From Candidatus Tayloriibacteriota bacterium (GTDB lineage: Bacteria > Patescibacteriota > Minisyncoccia > Phycocordibacterales > PALSA-1337), in assembly GCA_037130865.1 (NCBI GenBank), contig JBAXSG010000002.1, positions 8,066 through 72,065 of the forward strand: a stretch of DNA of 64,000 bases, given 5' to 3'. Under the pieces are notes generated by a model. That model did no database searches. It worked only from the letters and a program-made list of their open reading frames with translations, and was not told where the DNA came from. This document shows positions 52,186 to 61,061 of the stretch, piece by piece (within the stretch, counting starts at the first letter, position 1; each line of letters opens with the position of its first letter). The position numbers were made by a program, and so were the translations under genes.

Positions 52186-52770
52186 TTATTGTTGTAACCA
52201 ATAGGCATTTGCCTCAACATTGAAGTCATATGCTCCAGTATCTGAAGCTTTGACGACAATCTTCGTGACATCTATTATGCGAAGGTCTCTTTCTATATCT
52301 TGCAAGAAACTCACAAACCTACCATATCCAGATGTAATCGTGAAAGAAAGTTTTATATTACCAAGTAACATATTTGGCAAAAGAGCCGATGTTGTTGCAC
52401 TGTTTGCAGTGGCGTTATTTTGTTGACTGGCAGCCTTGCCTGTATCTACAATATCCGCTTTTATGTTCTTTATTGTGACTCCGTCACGGTTTGCTAGAGC
52501 AGACAAATCCACAATGAGATGAATATTGTCTACTGAACTAGGTATCATCTTATCTAGTCGTGCAAGATCATTTGTTGAGATCTTGTTGTTGGCGGCTTGA
52601 ACAGAACCACGAACGGTCTCAAGGGACTGGGCATTACTTATTGCTTTGACATACTGGTCATTGGTAGATAATAAGACAAGATCGGTATCATAAATCTGGC
52701 TCTGGGTATATGTGAAATATATACCGATGCCGAGGACTATGAGTATGAGTGCTGTAATGTTTTTATTCAT
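52186..52770 (-). CDS. pilO: PilO-like protein
   Basis: LDKMIP, YGRFVSFLQDIERDLRIIDV. Confidence 0.82.
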   Translation of the reverse strand: MNKNITALILIVLGIGIYFTYTQSQIYDTDLVLLSTNDQYVKAISNAQSLETVRGSVQAANNKISTNDLARLDKMIPSSVDNIHLIVDLSALANRDGVTIKNIKADIVDTGKAASQQNNATANSATTSALLPNMLLGNIKLSFTITSGYGRFVSFLQDIERDLRIIDVTKIVVKASDTGAYDFNVEANAYWLQQ

Positions 52771-53387
52771 ATATTTGTCAATGTCTTGCTATACAACATA
52801 CTGTCTGGAGAAATATCAGCTGTTAAGACAAAAGATACCGTCGAATCTTGGTTCTGTACAGGATTGGAGATCATTGGGTTTGATATGATATTTTTCACAC
52901 CGAGTGATTCAAGATGATTCAGCTGATCAGACTGGAAAGCCAATGCGTCATAACTTGGTGCATAACCATTTGCCTTCAGACTTATACTTCTGGTCTTACC
53001 TACAGTCATATCAATGTTCAAGCTAGTGAAGCGAATATTCTCTGCAGTGATCGATGATAGTGCACTGAACACTTGAGATAGAGCGATGTGATTCTTGAGA
53101 AGTGCCGATGCGAGATCTATCTTCGTGGCTGTAGTCTTGAGAGCGACTATGCTGTTTGTATTGAAATTCTTCTCCAGAGTCTTCAGACTGACACCATATT
53201 CAGCTTGTTTTGTTTCCAGATATTTCTGCCAACCATAGGAACCGGCGGCAGCCAATATGGAAATAACGAATACAAATACTCCTATCAACAATAAAATGCT
53301 GGTATTTTGTTGTTTTGCCGGCGCAACCGTGCTTGCCGGTGTTAACGACTTCCTAGGTATAAAAGAGGTTTGAAACTTTGTGTCCAT
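52767..53387 (-). CDS. pilN: PilN-like protein
   Basis: FQTSFIP, TM, coiled coil; lies between pilM and pilO. Confidence 0.78.
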   Translation of the reverse strand: MDTKFQTSFIPRKSLTPASTVAPAKQQNTSILLLIGVFVFVISILAAAGSYGWQKYLETKQAEYGVSLKTLEKNFNTNSIVALKTTATKIDLASALLKNHIALSQVFSALSSITAENIRFTSLNIDMTVGKTRSISLKANGYAPSYDALAFQSDQLNHLESLGVKNIISNPMISNPVQNQDSTVSFVLTADISPDSMLYSKTLTNI

Positions 53388-53449
53388 ATATTCATTGATA
53401 TTATAGCAAATATAAGAGGACTTTGGGACTGAGAACTATGTGAATAAGT

Positions 53450-54559
53450 CTAATCAGACTCCGCCAGCTTCCTCAAAGCAGCGCCGATAGCCACGGCGAA
53501 CTCTGGTCCAGCCTTGGCGAATTCATCTGACAAGAAAGCTGGTGTCTCCAACCGGCTAAAAGGATCTGCGTAAACTACATCCGTCTGAAAACTGACCTTA
53601 GCTAGATCTACAAAACCTTTCAACAAGACTCCCCCACCAGTCAATATTACCTTGTTAACATTTTTCGATGACTTCTTCTGATAATTCAGAAGTGCAGAAT
53701 TTGATTCATAAAGAATATAATCCAAGTTTACTGTGATAATCTCCGCCAACTCTCTGTATTCTGGACCACCTTTGAGTCCGTAGACTCGTTTCATGTTTTC
53801 TGCTTCAGTCACAGGTATCGATAGAGACTTCGACAAAGCTAGAGTGATATCTTGACTGCCTTTATTTATGATATGCGAAGCACGCAGAACACCACGCTCA
53901 ACTATGTATATCTTTGTGGTTCGAGCACCGATATCGATAATCATGTCCGTATGAACGCCCTGATCGATAACTGCACGGATAGAACTGAAAATTTCTATCT
54001 CATAGAAACTAGGTTGTAATCCGGCGCCGGATGTCATCTGTTGATAACTCGTGAGATATTCTTTGTGAATAGCGACGACCAAAAAATCAGATCCTTGTCT
54101 TTCAGTGCTAGTGGCTTCATCGTCGGAAACATAAGACTCTTCCCTTGGTATAGGAGACCAGTCCAACATAACTTCATCTAGTGGTACTGGAATGTATTTG
54201 CGTGCTTCCAAAGATACAACTTCAGAAAGTTGTTTGTCTGGGACAGTAGGGACGGTTATAAATGTTATAAGACTGGAAGATAATGGCAAAGCAACACCAC
54301 AAAGAGTTGTTGTGGTTTTCGATTCGCGTAAAACATCCTTGATCGCTTCAACAAGTTTATCCACAGGGAGACTCGTTGCACGACCAACTTCCGTGCTGGC
54401 ATAAGGACCGAGTGCCAATTCACCGTATGTCTCCAAAACTGCACGGCCTCTTTTCTTCTTAATCTGCACCACCTTTATGGCGGAAGAGCCGATATCAATG
54501 CCAAGCACGCTCGTTTGTTTATTGAAAAACGATCCGAAAAATGAGCTAAGTGAAGCCAT
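53450..54559 (-). CDS. pilM: Pilus assembly protein PilM
   Basis: LGIDIGSSAIK, EARKYIP, IDIGA, LTGGG, AIGAALR. Confidence 0.95.
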   Translation of the reverse strand: MASLSSFFGSFFNKQTSVLGIDIGSSAIKVVQIKKKRGRAVLETYGELALGPYASTEVGRATSLPVDKLVEAIKDVLRESKTTTTLCGVALPLSSSLITFITVPTVPDKQLSEVVSLEARKYIPVPLDEVMLDWSPIPREESYVSDDEATSTERQGSDFLVVAIHKEYLTSYQQMTSGAGLQPSFYEIEIFSSIRAVIDQGVHTDMIIDIGARTTKIYIVERGVLRASHIINKGSQDITLALSKSLSIPVTEAENMKRVYGLKGGPEYRELAEIITVNLDYILYESNSALLNYQKKSSKNVNKVILTGGGVLLKGFVDLAKVSFQTDVVYADPFSRLETPAFLSDEFAKAGPEFAVAIGAALRKLAESD

Positions 54560-54577
54560 GGTACTATTATATAGCAT

Positions 54578-55297
54578 ATGCAATTTTTTCGCTTGCTATA
54601 TTCCACATTTCAGGATGCCCTGTTCCCTCTTAGTGAAGCTGAGAGAGGATTATTTTCTTATTCTCCAGAAAAAGCTTTCGAGGTACTACCGAAAGCAAGT
54701 CTCACTCCGAAGATGATCGACCCTACCGGATCTGAAACATATCATCAAACTTTAGGGATTTTCGCTTACAAAGATGAGCGTGTCAGTCGGTTGGTTTGGA
54801 ATATCAAGTACAAAAAGTCCAAACCCGCGACGAAGATAGCTGGATACGCATTGAGAAAAGTGATCAGTGCTCTGTTATGTCCAGACGGTATCATAGACAC
54901 ACTAAAGACTATCGTCATCGTACCAATGCCTATAACGCAAAGACGCCGACGCGAACGTGGTTACAATCAATGCGAATTGATCACCGAGGAAATGGCACAC
55001 TACGTAAATAAAGATATCCAAATAATATTTGAAAATAAGTTGTTACTACGCATCCAACATACATCTCACCAAAAGCATAAAGATCGAGAAGCTCGCCTAG
55101 AATTGGAAGGTGGTATATTCAAAGTAGATGAGAAGATTTTGAATGAAATCAAAGGAAAAATAGTGGGCGTACTAGAAGGCACGCAATTCATAATCGTCGA
55201 TGATGTTATAACTACCGGCACTACAATCCGCGGTGCCATTGAGACAATGAAAAAAGCTGGTCTAACAAATGTGCGTGGGGTGGCTTTGGCGCATTAG
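54578..55297 (+). CDS. comF: ComF-family competence protein (PRTase fold)
   Basis: RERGYNQ, IVDDVITTGTT. Confidence 0.92.
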   Translation: MQFFRLLYSTFQDALFPLSEAERGLFSYSPEKAFEVLPKASLTPKMIDPTGSETYHQTLGIFAYKDERVSRLVWNIKYKKSKPATKIAGYALRKVISALLCPDGIIDTLKTIVIVPMPITQRRRRERGYNQCELITEEMAHYVNKDIQIIFENKLLLRIQHTSHQKHKDREARLELEGGIFKVDEKILNEIKGKIVGVLEGTQFIIVDDVITTGTTIRGAIETMKKAGLTNVRGVALAH

Positions 55298-55310
55298 ACT
55301 ATCTCGGATA

Positions 55311-56528
55311 TTACACCACCACCTTCACAAATCTACGCTTACCTATTTTGAGGACTGTAGTTTTTGTCGGCTTCCACAGAGGATCAGAAATCTTCTCATC
55401 TTTTCCACCCGCAACAGCGGCATCTGCAGCAACAACCGTGACTGCGCCAGCATCTATCAACCTGCGCCATTCTGCCTTCGAAGGAACTATGCCAGCTTTG
55501 ATGAGAGAGTCAACCAATGAATTTGTATTGACCGATCCAGCCGCGCTACCGATCTTCACCTCTACAACATCTTCTGGCACGCCACCTTTGGCAAAAGTTT
55601 TATTGAATGAATCCTCGGCGGAGCGAGCCATGACTTCCCCGTGGAAACGACGGACTATATCAAATGCGATTCGCGCCTTGGCTTCGCGTGGTCCTTGCGC
55701 CATCAAAGCATCTTTTTCAGCCATGGGTATGCGTGTACAATTTAAGAAAAGCGGATCAATCATCGGATCAGGCAAAGCCATGATGGATCCGAACAAATCA
55801 TTTGGAGTGGAATCGATGAAAACTCCTGTGCCGTTACTCTTAGACATCAGCTCTCCAGTTTTAGGATTCGCCACCAAGTTCAGAACAATAACAAACTTCT
55901 CTTTATTTTTCAGACGCTTCATAAGGGTGCGACCGGCGAGAGCATTGAATATCTGATCAGTACCACAGAGTTCCGCGTCGACATCCATGACAACACTGTC
56001 ATAACCCTGCATCATTGGATACAAAAATTCATGGAGATGTATAGGCGTGCCTTCCTTCATGCGTTTGGCAAACATATCTCGCTCAAGCATTTGCTGTACG
56101 GTGAAGTTGGCTGCAAGATCGACAACATCGCTCAGGGTCAGCTTAGAAAGCCAGGCAGAATTGTACATAACTTTGGCTGGATTCTTCTTATCGGTAAAGT
56201 CGACAACTGAAGAGACCTGCTTCAACCAACCGGAAACATTGACCTTCACTTCCTCGGCAGTCAACTGTTTGCGTGTCGCGGATTTGTCTGGATCACCGAT
56301 ACGCGCAGTGAAATCTCCAAACAATACTATGACTTCATGGCCAAGCTGGCGCAATTCTTCCAAAAAGATCAAGTTCTTCGCGTGGCCGATATGCAGAGCT
56401 GTTCCAGTTGGATCGGCTCCGAAATATATCTTTAATTTCTTACCATCTTTTAGCGCTTGCAACAAAATCTCCTTTGAAGGAAATACTTCTACCACTGTTC
56501 CGCGTTCAAAGAGTTTTTCTATTTCCAT
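55311..56528 (-). CDS. tyrS: Tyrosine--tRNA ligase
   Basis: GADPT..LHIGH, YPMMQGYD, GTDQIFN, LMSKS, S4 domain. Confidence 0.97.
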   Translation of the reverse strand: MEIEKLFERGTVVEVFPSKEILLQALKDGKKLKIYFGADPTGTALHIGHAKNLIFLEELRQLGHEVIVLFGDFTARIGDPDKSATRKQLTAEEVKVNVSGWLKQVSSVVDFTDKKNPAKVMYNSAWLSKLTLSDVVDLAANFTVQQMLERDMFAKRMKEGTPIHLHEFLYPMMQGYDSVVMDVDAELCGTDQIFNALAGRTLMKRLKNKEKFVIVLNLVANPKTGELMSKSNGTGVFIDSTPNDLFGSIMALPDPMIDPLFLNCTRIPMAEKDALMAQGPREAKARIAFDIVRRFHGEVMARSAEDSFNKTFAKGGVPEDVVEVKIGSAAGSVNTNSLVDSLIKAGIVPSKAEWRRLIDAGAVTVVAADAAVAGGKDEKISDPLWKPTKTTVLKIGKRRFVKVVV

Positions 56529-56535
56529 GTTTTGA

Positions 56536-56841
56536 TTAATTTGTCGGTGCAGCTGGAGTATTTGGGGTGCTTGGGATATTCGGCGTGTTTGATTTCTTTG
56601 GAAAGATCTGATCAAACCTCATCTTGACGAAGAATATGAGGTATACCAATTCCAAAATACCGGCGGTGTTTATAACCAACATAGCGATAAACCACCACTT
56701 CTCTCCTCTCTTGGCGGAATGCCATAGAGCCAATCCTTTTAGGGCGATGACGATTACTAGAAGTATGAGGCCAAGTATACCGAAACCAAATATCCCCATC
56801 GGAGATATAGCGAGATTGCGTGAGTAAGTTGAGAACATCAT
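56536..56841 (-). CDS. Small membrane protein (DUF5652-like)
   Basis: LKGLALWHSAKRGEKWWFIAMLVINTAGILELVYL. Confidence 0.78.
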   Translation of the reverse strand: MMFSTYSRNLAISPMGIFGFGILGLILLVIVIALKGLALWHSAKRGEKWWFIAMLVINTAGILELVYLIFFVKMRFDQIFPKKSNTPNIPSTPNTPAAPTN

Positions 56842-56861
56842 TTTATTGATTTATGATTTTA

Positions 56862-57449
56862 TTAATACCACTGACCGTTTATATTTACGACTCTCTTTGT
56901 GGTTGTACCTGTGCCCGGATCGGCATACTCTATAGTGACCGCGCTTCCATCTTTCGTCCAAACAGAACTAGATGTTAAAAATAGATCTGGTGTCGGCATA
57001 ATCATGGTACTAGCTAGACGAGTCGAGAGTGACACAAGGTCAGCATCTGTCATCTTTGTAACTAGATTCTTTTCCGCTGGAGTAGAGGCCTTAGCAGTCA
57101 TATATGTTCTGATAGTGGAGGCATTCTTCGAGGTCATTGTCTTGTAACCATTTAGAAGGGCTTGATATATAGCTTTCTTGTCGTTGGCGCTCAAATCCTT
57201 CGAGGATGTAGGGTTAACTGGAGCAGCAAAATCCACTTGATTCAGGTTTGTATCAAAAGCGGCTTGAGAAGATCGTGAAGTCCCTGATGTGGATGATGTA
57301 TCTACTGGTGCTGGATTTGTTGTCTTACCACCAGATCTTACAAGTATGATAATAACAGCGATAACAATGACTACTGCTGCTATGATTGCTATCTTCTTAT
57401 TTTTAGGTGACATATTTGAGACTGTGCCTGATATTGGGTTTGGTTCCAT
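56862..57449 (-). CDS. Hypothetical membrane-anchored protein
   Basis: N-terminal TM, Ser/Thr linker, C-terminal GQWY. Confidence 0.72.
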   Translation of the reverse strand: MEPNPISGTVSNMSPKNKKIAIIAAVVIVIAVIIILVRSGGKTTNPAPVDTSSTSGTSRSSQAAFDTNLNQVDFAAPVNPTSSKDLSANDKKAIYQALLNGYKTMTSKNASTIRTYMTAKASTPAEKNLVTKMTDADLVSLSTRLASTMIMPTPDLFLTSSSVWTKDGSAVTIEYADPGTGTTTKRVVNINGQWY

Positions 57450-57571
57450 ATTTTGTACGATTACTGATTAATGATTTATAAAAGTTATGGTTAGCTGTAA
57501 TATTGTAGCAAAAATAACCCCCAGCAGCTAGGCGACACTCCATATGACTTCATACCCTTTCATCAACACTC

Positions 57572-57826
57572 TTATGAGAGGTGTGCAGAGACCAACTTGG
57601 TCATCTCGAACATGTTTACTACAGCCTTACCACCAAAAACTTTCTTGAGGTTTTCATCGGCGACGATATTGCGCTTGTTATTTGGATCCTGGAGATTAGC
57701 CTTCTTTATATAGACCCAGAGAGCCTTGACGACTTCGGAACGAGGCATAGGACCCTTACCTACTACAGCGGCCAAGTCGGCACTGATGTTCATAGGTTTC
57801 ATAAAAGCTGAATTTGGTTTTGCCAT
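57572..57826 (-). CDS. Stand-alone SWIB/MDM2 domain protein
   Basis: LAAVVG..PMPRSEVVKALWVYIK..NLQDP.NKRNI.AD..LK.VF. Confidence 0.92.
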   Translation of the reverse strand: MAKPNSAFMKPMNISADLAAVVGKGPMPRSEVVKALWVYIKKANLQDPNNKRNIVADENLKKVFGGKAVVNMFEMTKLVSAHLS

Positions 57827-57937
57827 ATATTTAAATATGTTATTTTTATTAATTGATAATTATTAAATCGCACAATCGACACAAGATCATACTGGGAGAT
57901 AGTTTAGCACTATTCTGTCAATAATAAAATGTCAATG

Positions 57938-58024
57938 CGGAGACGATGGGATTCGAACCCATGAAGCCGGTTAGGGCTTACCTCGTTAGCAGTGAGGCGC
58001 TTTCGACCACTCAGCCACGTCTCC
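57938..58024 (-). tRNA. tRNA-Ser(GCT)
   Basis: GGAGACG/CGTCTCC acceptor, CCTCA-CTGCTAA-CGAGG, long variable arm. Confidence 0.93.
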
Positions 58025-58101
58025 ATGTCGTTATAAAACTACTGACTGTGTCATTCTTGCACAATTCGCGTATATTTTCAAAGATTTGCTACAATGAACT
58101 C

Positions 58102-60342
58102 ATGAACATCTCCGCTTCTGACAAGCTAGTAGAACATTTTCGGCTGATGCCGATCCAGAAAATTGCACTCAAGAAACTCGGCTTGGAGACCGTGAGTGAC
58201 CTGCTCCATCATTTTCCTGTGCGATATGGAGACACAGCCAAGGCTGAGAATATCGGGACATTGGCCAAAGGCGAGACTGTAGTCATATTTGGTAAGATCA
58301 CTAACCTGAAAGCTAGCAAGGGCTTCCGTACGAAGATTCCTATGGCTTCTGGTACGCTTACAGATGATACTGGGACGATTCATTGTGTCTGGTTCAATCA
58401 GCCCTACCTCGCCAAGATGACTCCCGATGGCGCCTCGGTACGTGTGGAAGGAAAAGTGTCAGCACGCAGAAAAACTGGCGAACTATACCTCTCAAATCCG
58501 AAGATAGAAGTAGTAGACCGATTGCCGACAGGTGTTGGTGATTCATTGTTCAATAAAAACAGTGACAGCGAATCCAGTACAGGACATACGCTCTACCCTG
58601 TTTATTCAGAGTCTCGCGGCATTACTTCTCTTTGGATATATCACGCTATTTTGAAAATCTTCAAGAGTGGCATACTGGATAAAGTCGTTGATTCACTACC
58701 GACGGATATTATAGAAAAATACAATCTGCCAGTATTGAAGACGGCGCTTATTTGGATACACACCCCGATGAAAAATGAGGACGCTCTCTCAGCACGCAAG
58801 AGATTCTCTTTCGAAGAAATATTCCTGATCCAACTTGGGCGACAACGGGCTCGTGCGGCGTATGAGAAAAATCCTACATTTACCATAGAGCCAAATGAGA
58901 AACATGTGCAAGAATTTGTGAAGCGATTCCCCTTCAAGGCCACTGACGCACAAACCCGTGCTATCTCGGCTATCCTCGAAGATATGAGGGGTGACCATCC
59001 AATGTCGCGCCTCCTCGAAGGTGATGTCGGATCTGGGAAAACCGCCGTGGCCGCAACGACTGCTTATGCCGTCATCACTTCAAGGCCACAAATAGTCGGC
59101 GAGGCCGGTCTTGTCAAACAAAATTTCGGACACCTCCAAGTCGCTTACATGTGTCCGACAGAGATCTTGGCTACACAACATTTCGAATCTTTCATACAAT
59201 ATTTTTCATATATGCCGATTCGTATCGCTCTCATAACTGGTTCTGGTTGCAAGATATTCCCTTCTAAGGTCAATCCAAAAGGTTGGACCGATATTTCGCG
59301 TACACAGCTTTTGAAATGGATCGCCGAAGGCACGGTCGCAGTCGTGGTTGGAACACATTCACTCATCCAGAAGTCAGTGAAGTTCAAACATCTCGCTTAC
59401 GCCATAATCGACGAACAACACCGCTTCGGTATGAAGCAACGCGCCGAGTTGGTAAGGAAGAATGAAGAAGGCGCAAAAGGTAAGGCGCAAGGCGCACCAG
59501 CGGCAGCACCACACCTTCTCTCAATGACCGCCACACCTATTCCACGCACGCTCACACTCACTATGTATGGAGACTTGGATCTTACTTTACTCGATGAATT
59601 ACCTGCTGGACGAAAACCTATAATCACAGAAAGTGTTGAGCCAGCCGGTCGCGAGGAGACTTACGAGAAGATTCGCGGAGAACTACGTGCTGGCAGACAG
59701 GCGTTCGTGATATGTCCGCGCATAGATGAGCCAGATCCAGAAAAAGAGTCAGCACTCAATGCCAAATCCGTGAAAGAAGAGGCCAAGAGACTGAAGCGCG
59801 CGGTATTCCCTGAATATGAGATAGGAATCATGCATAGCAAGATGTCGTCAGCGGAAAAAGACAGGGTTATGGACGATTTCAAGCGTGGAAAGATTCACAT
59901 ACTCTGTTCGACTTCAGTTGTTGAAGTCGGTGTCAATGTTCCAAATGCCACAATCATCATCATAGAAGGTGCAGAGAGATTTGGGTTGGCGCAGTTACAT
60001 CAGTTGCGTGGTAGAGTCATGCGCAGTTCACATCAAGCGTATTGCTATGTATTCATCGGTGGCAATTCCGGCAACGGCTCTAGCGGCTCGCAAAAGTCGC
60101 GTGATCGTCTGCGTGCCCTCATAACCGCCAAAAATGGCTTTGAGCTCGCAGAGCTCGACCTAGTCCAGCGTGGTGCTGGCGAACTTTCCGGCGTGCGCCA
60201 ATGGGGTATTTCTGATGTCGCTATGGAAGCATTGAAAAATATGAAAATGGTCGAGGCCGCGCGCACCGAGGCAGTCAGGATTATTGCAAAAGATCCAGAC
60301 TTGAGTGGATTCCCTGGATTGAAGGTGGCGCATTTTGAGTGA
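58102..60342 (+). CDS. recG: ATP-dependent DNA helicase RecG
   Basis: GDVGSGKT, DEQHRFG, MTATPIPRT, AERFGLAQLHQLRGRV; the ORF-track start overlaps tRNA-Ser and is moved to 58102. Confidence 0.96.
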   Translation: MNISASDKLVEHFRLMPIQKIALKKLGLETVSDLLHHFPVRYGDTAKAENIGTLAKGETVVIFGKITNLKASKGFRTKIPMASGTLTDDTGTIHCVWFNQPYLAKMTPDGASVRVEGKVSARRKTGELYLSNPKIEVVDRLPTGVGDSLFNKNSDSESSTGHTLYPVYSESRGITSLWIYHAILKIFKSGILDKVVDSLPTDIIEKYNLPVLKTALIWIHTPMKNEDALSARKRFSFEEIFLIQLGRQRARAAYEKNPTFTIEPNEKHVQEFVKRFPFKATDAQTRAISAILEDMRGDHPMSRLLEGDVGSGKTAVAATTAYAVITSRPQIVGEAGLVKQNFGHLQVAYMCPTEILATQHFESFIQYFSYMPIRIALITGSGCKIFPSKVNPKGWTDISRTQLLKWIAEGTVAVVVGTHSLIQKSVKFKHLAYAIIDEQHRFGMKQRAELVRKNEEGAKGKAQGAPAAAPHLLSMTATPIPRTLTLTMYGDLDLTLLDELPAGRKPIITESVEPAGREETYEKIRGELRAGRQAFVICPRIDEPDPEKESALNAKSVKEEAKRLKRAVFPEYEIGIMHSKMSSAEKDRVMDDFKRGKIHILCSTSVVEVGVNVPNATIIIIEGAERFGLAQLHQLRGRVMRSSHQAYCYVFIGGNSGNGSSGSQKSRDRLRALITAKNGFELAELDLVQRGAGELSGVRQWGISDVAMEALKNMKMVEAARTEAVRIIAKDPDLSGFPGLKVAHFE

Positions 60343-60360
60343 TTTTAAGCATGGACTGAA

Positions 60361-60768
60361 TCATAGGCCTTGAAGTAGGCGCTGGATTTCTGTGAAGTAG
60401 TGGCGACCTTGATCTGTCACATAATAGTATTTGCGCGGAGGACCTACATCTGACTCTTCATATGAATGTGACATAAGATTTTCGCGACGGAGTTTACTCA
60501 AAAGCGGATAAATAGTTCCCTCTTTTGAAGATAGTCCTAGAGCTTTCAGTTTTTGTAGGATTTCTTTGCCATACATTGAGTGGCTGGAAAATATAATCAT
60601 TTTGATGATGAAATAATCCAAGAGTACCATTCTCAGATCGGCGATTTTCTTGTCCACTAGGTTTGTGTTTAGCGTGGGTGTGGAATCAGATGTGACCAAT
60701 TTCAAATAGGATAGTTTCGCACTATTTTTTGTTTTCAATGGGTATTTTAGAGGAGGCAAAGTTGGCAT
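60361..60768 (-). CDS. PadR-family transcriptional regulator
   Basis: MYGKEI, EGTIYPLLSKL, GPPRKYYYVTDQGR. Confidence 0.88.
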   Translation of the reverse strand: MPTLPPLKYPLKTKNSAKLSYLKLVTSDSTPTLNTNLVDKKIADLRMVLLDYFIIKMIIFSSHSMYGKEILQKLKALGLSSKEGTIYPLLSKLRRENLMSHSYEESDVGPPRKYYYVTDQGRHYFTEIQRLLQGL

Positions 60769-61061
60769 ATATAATTTTAAGAAGTACCTTAGCTTACATT
60801 ATCTTTTGATACTTTGGCAACGAGGGGGGCATGCGCTTTAAAAGGGGTTTTTGAAATAATTTATCCACGAGGTACCTCAGCATAAGCTACACATAATCAA
60901 CCTGCTGACAGTGACTATTCTGTGCCAAAAAACTCAGTAATATATAGGCGGTACCTCGGCTATAAATTATTTCTAAAAGGCTGTTTTGGAGGTGTGTGTC
61001 CCCTCTCGTAGCTGAAATACGGCCAAGAAAAGAGGCCCCGAGCACCCCCCAACAGGCATCA

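Noticed and set aside
57946-58101. N-terminal extensions of RecG (and of RF2 at 33774-33836) in the ORF track
   Set aside because: They run through tRNA genes; downstream ATGs match the expected protein starts
60861-60869. DnaA box / oriC
   Set aside because: Single imperfect TTATCCACG with no box cluster and no dnaA nearby
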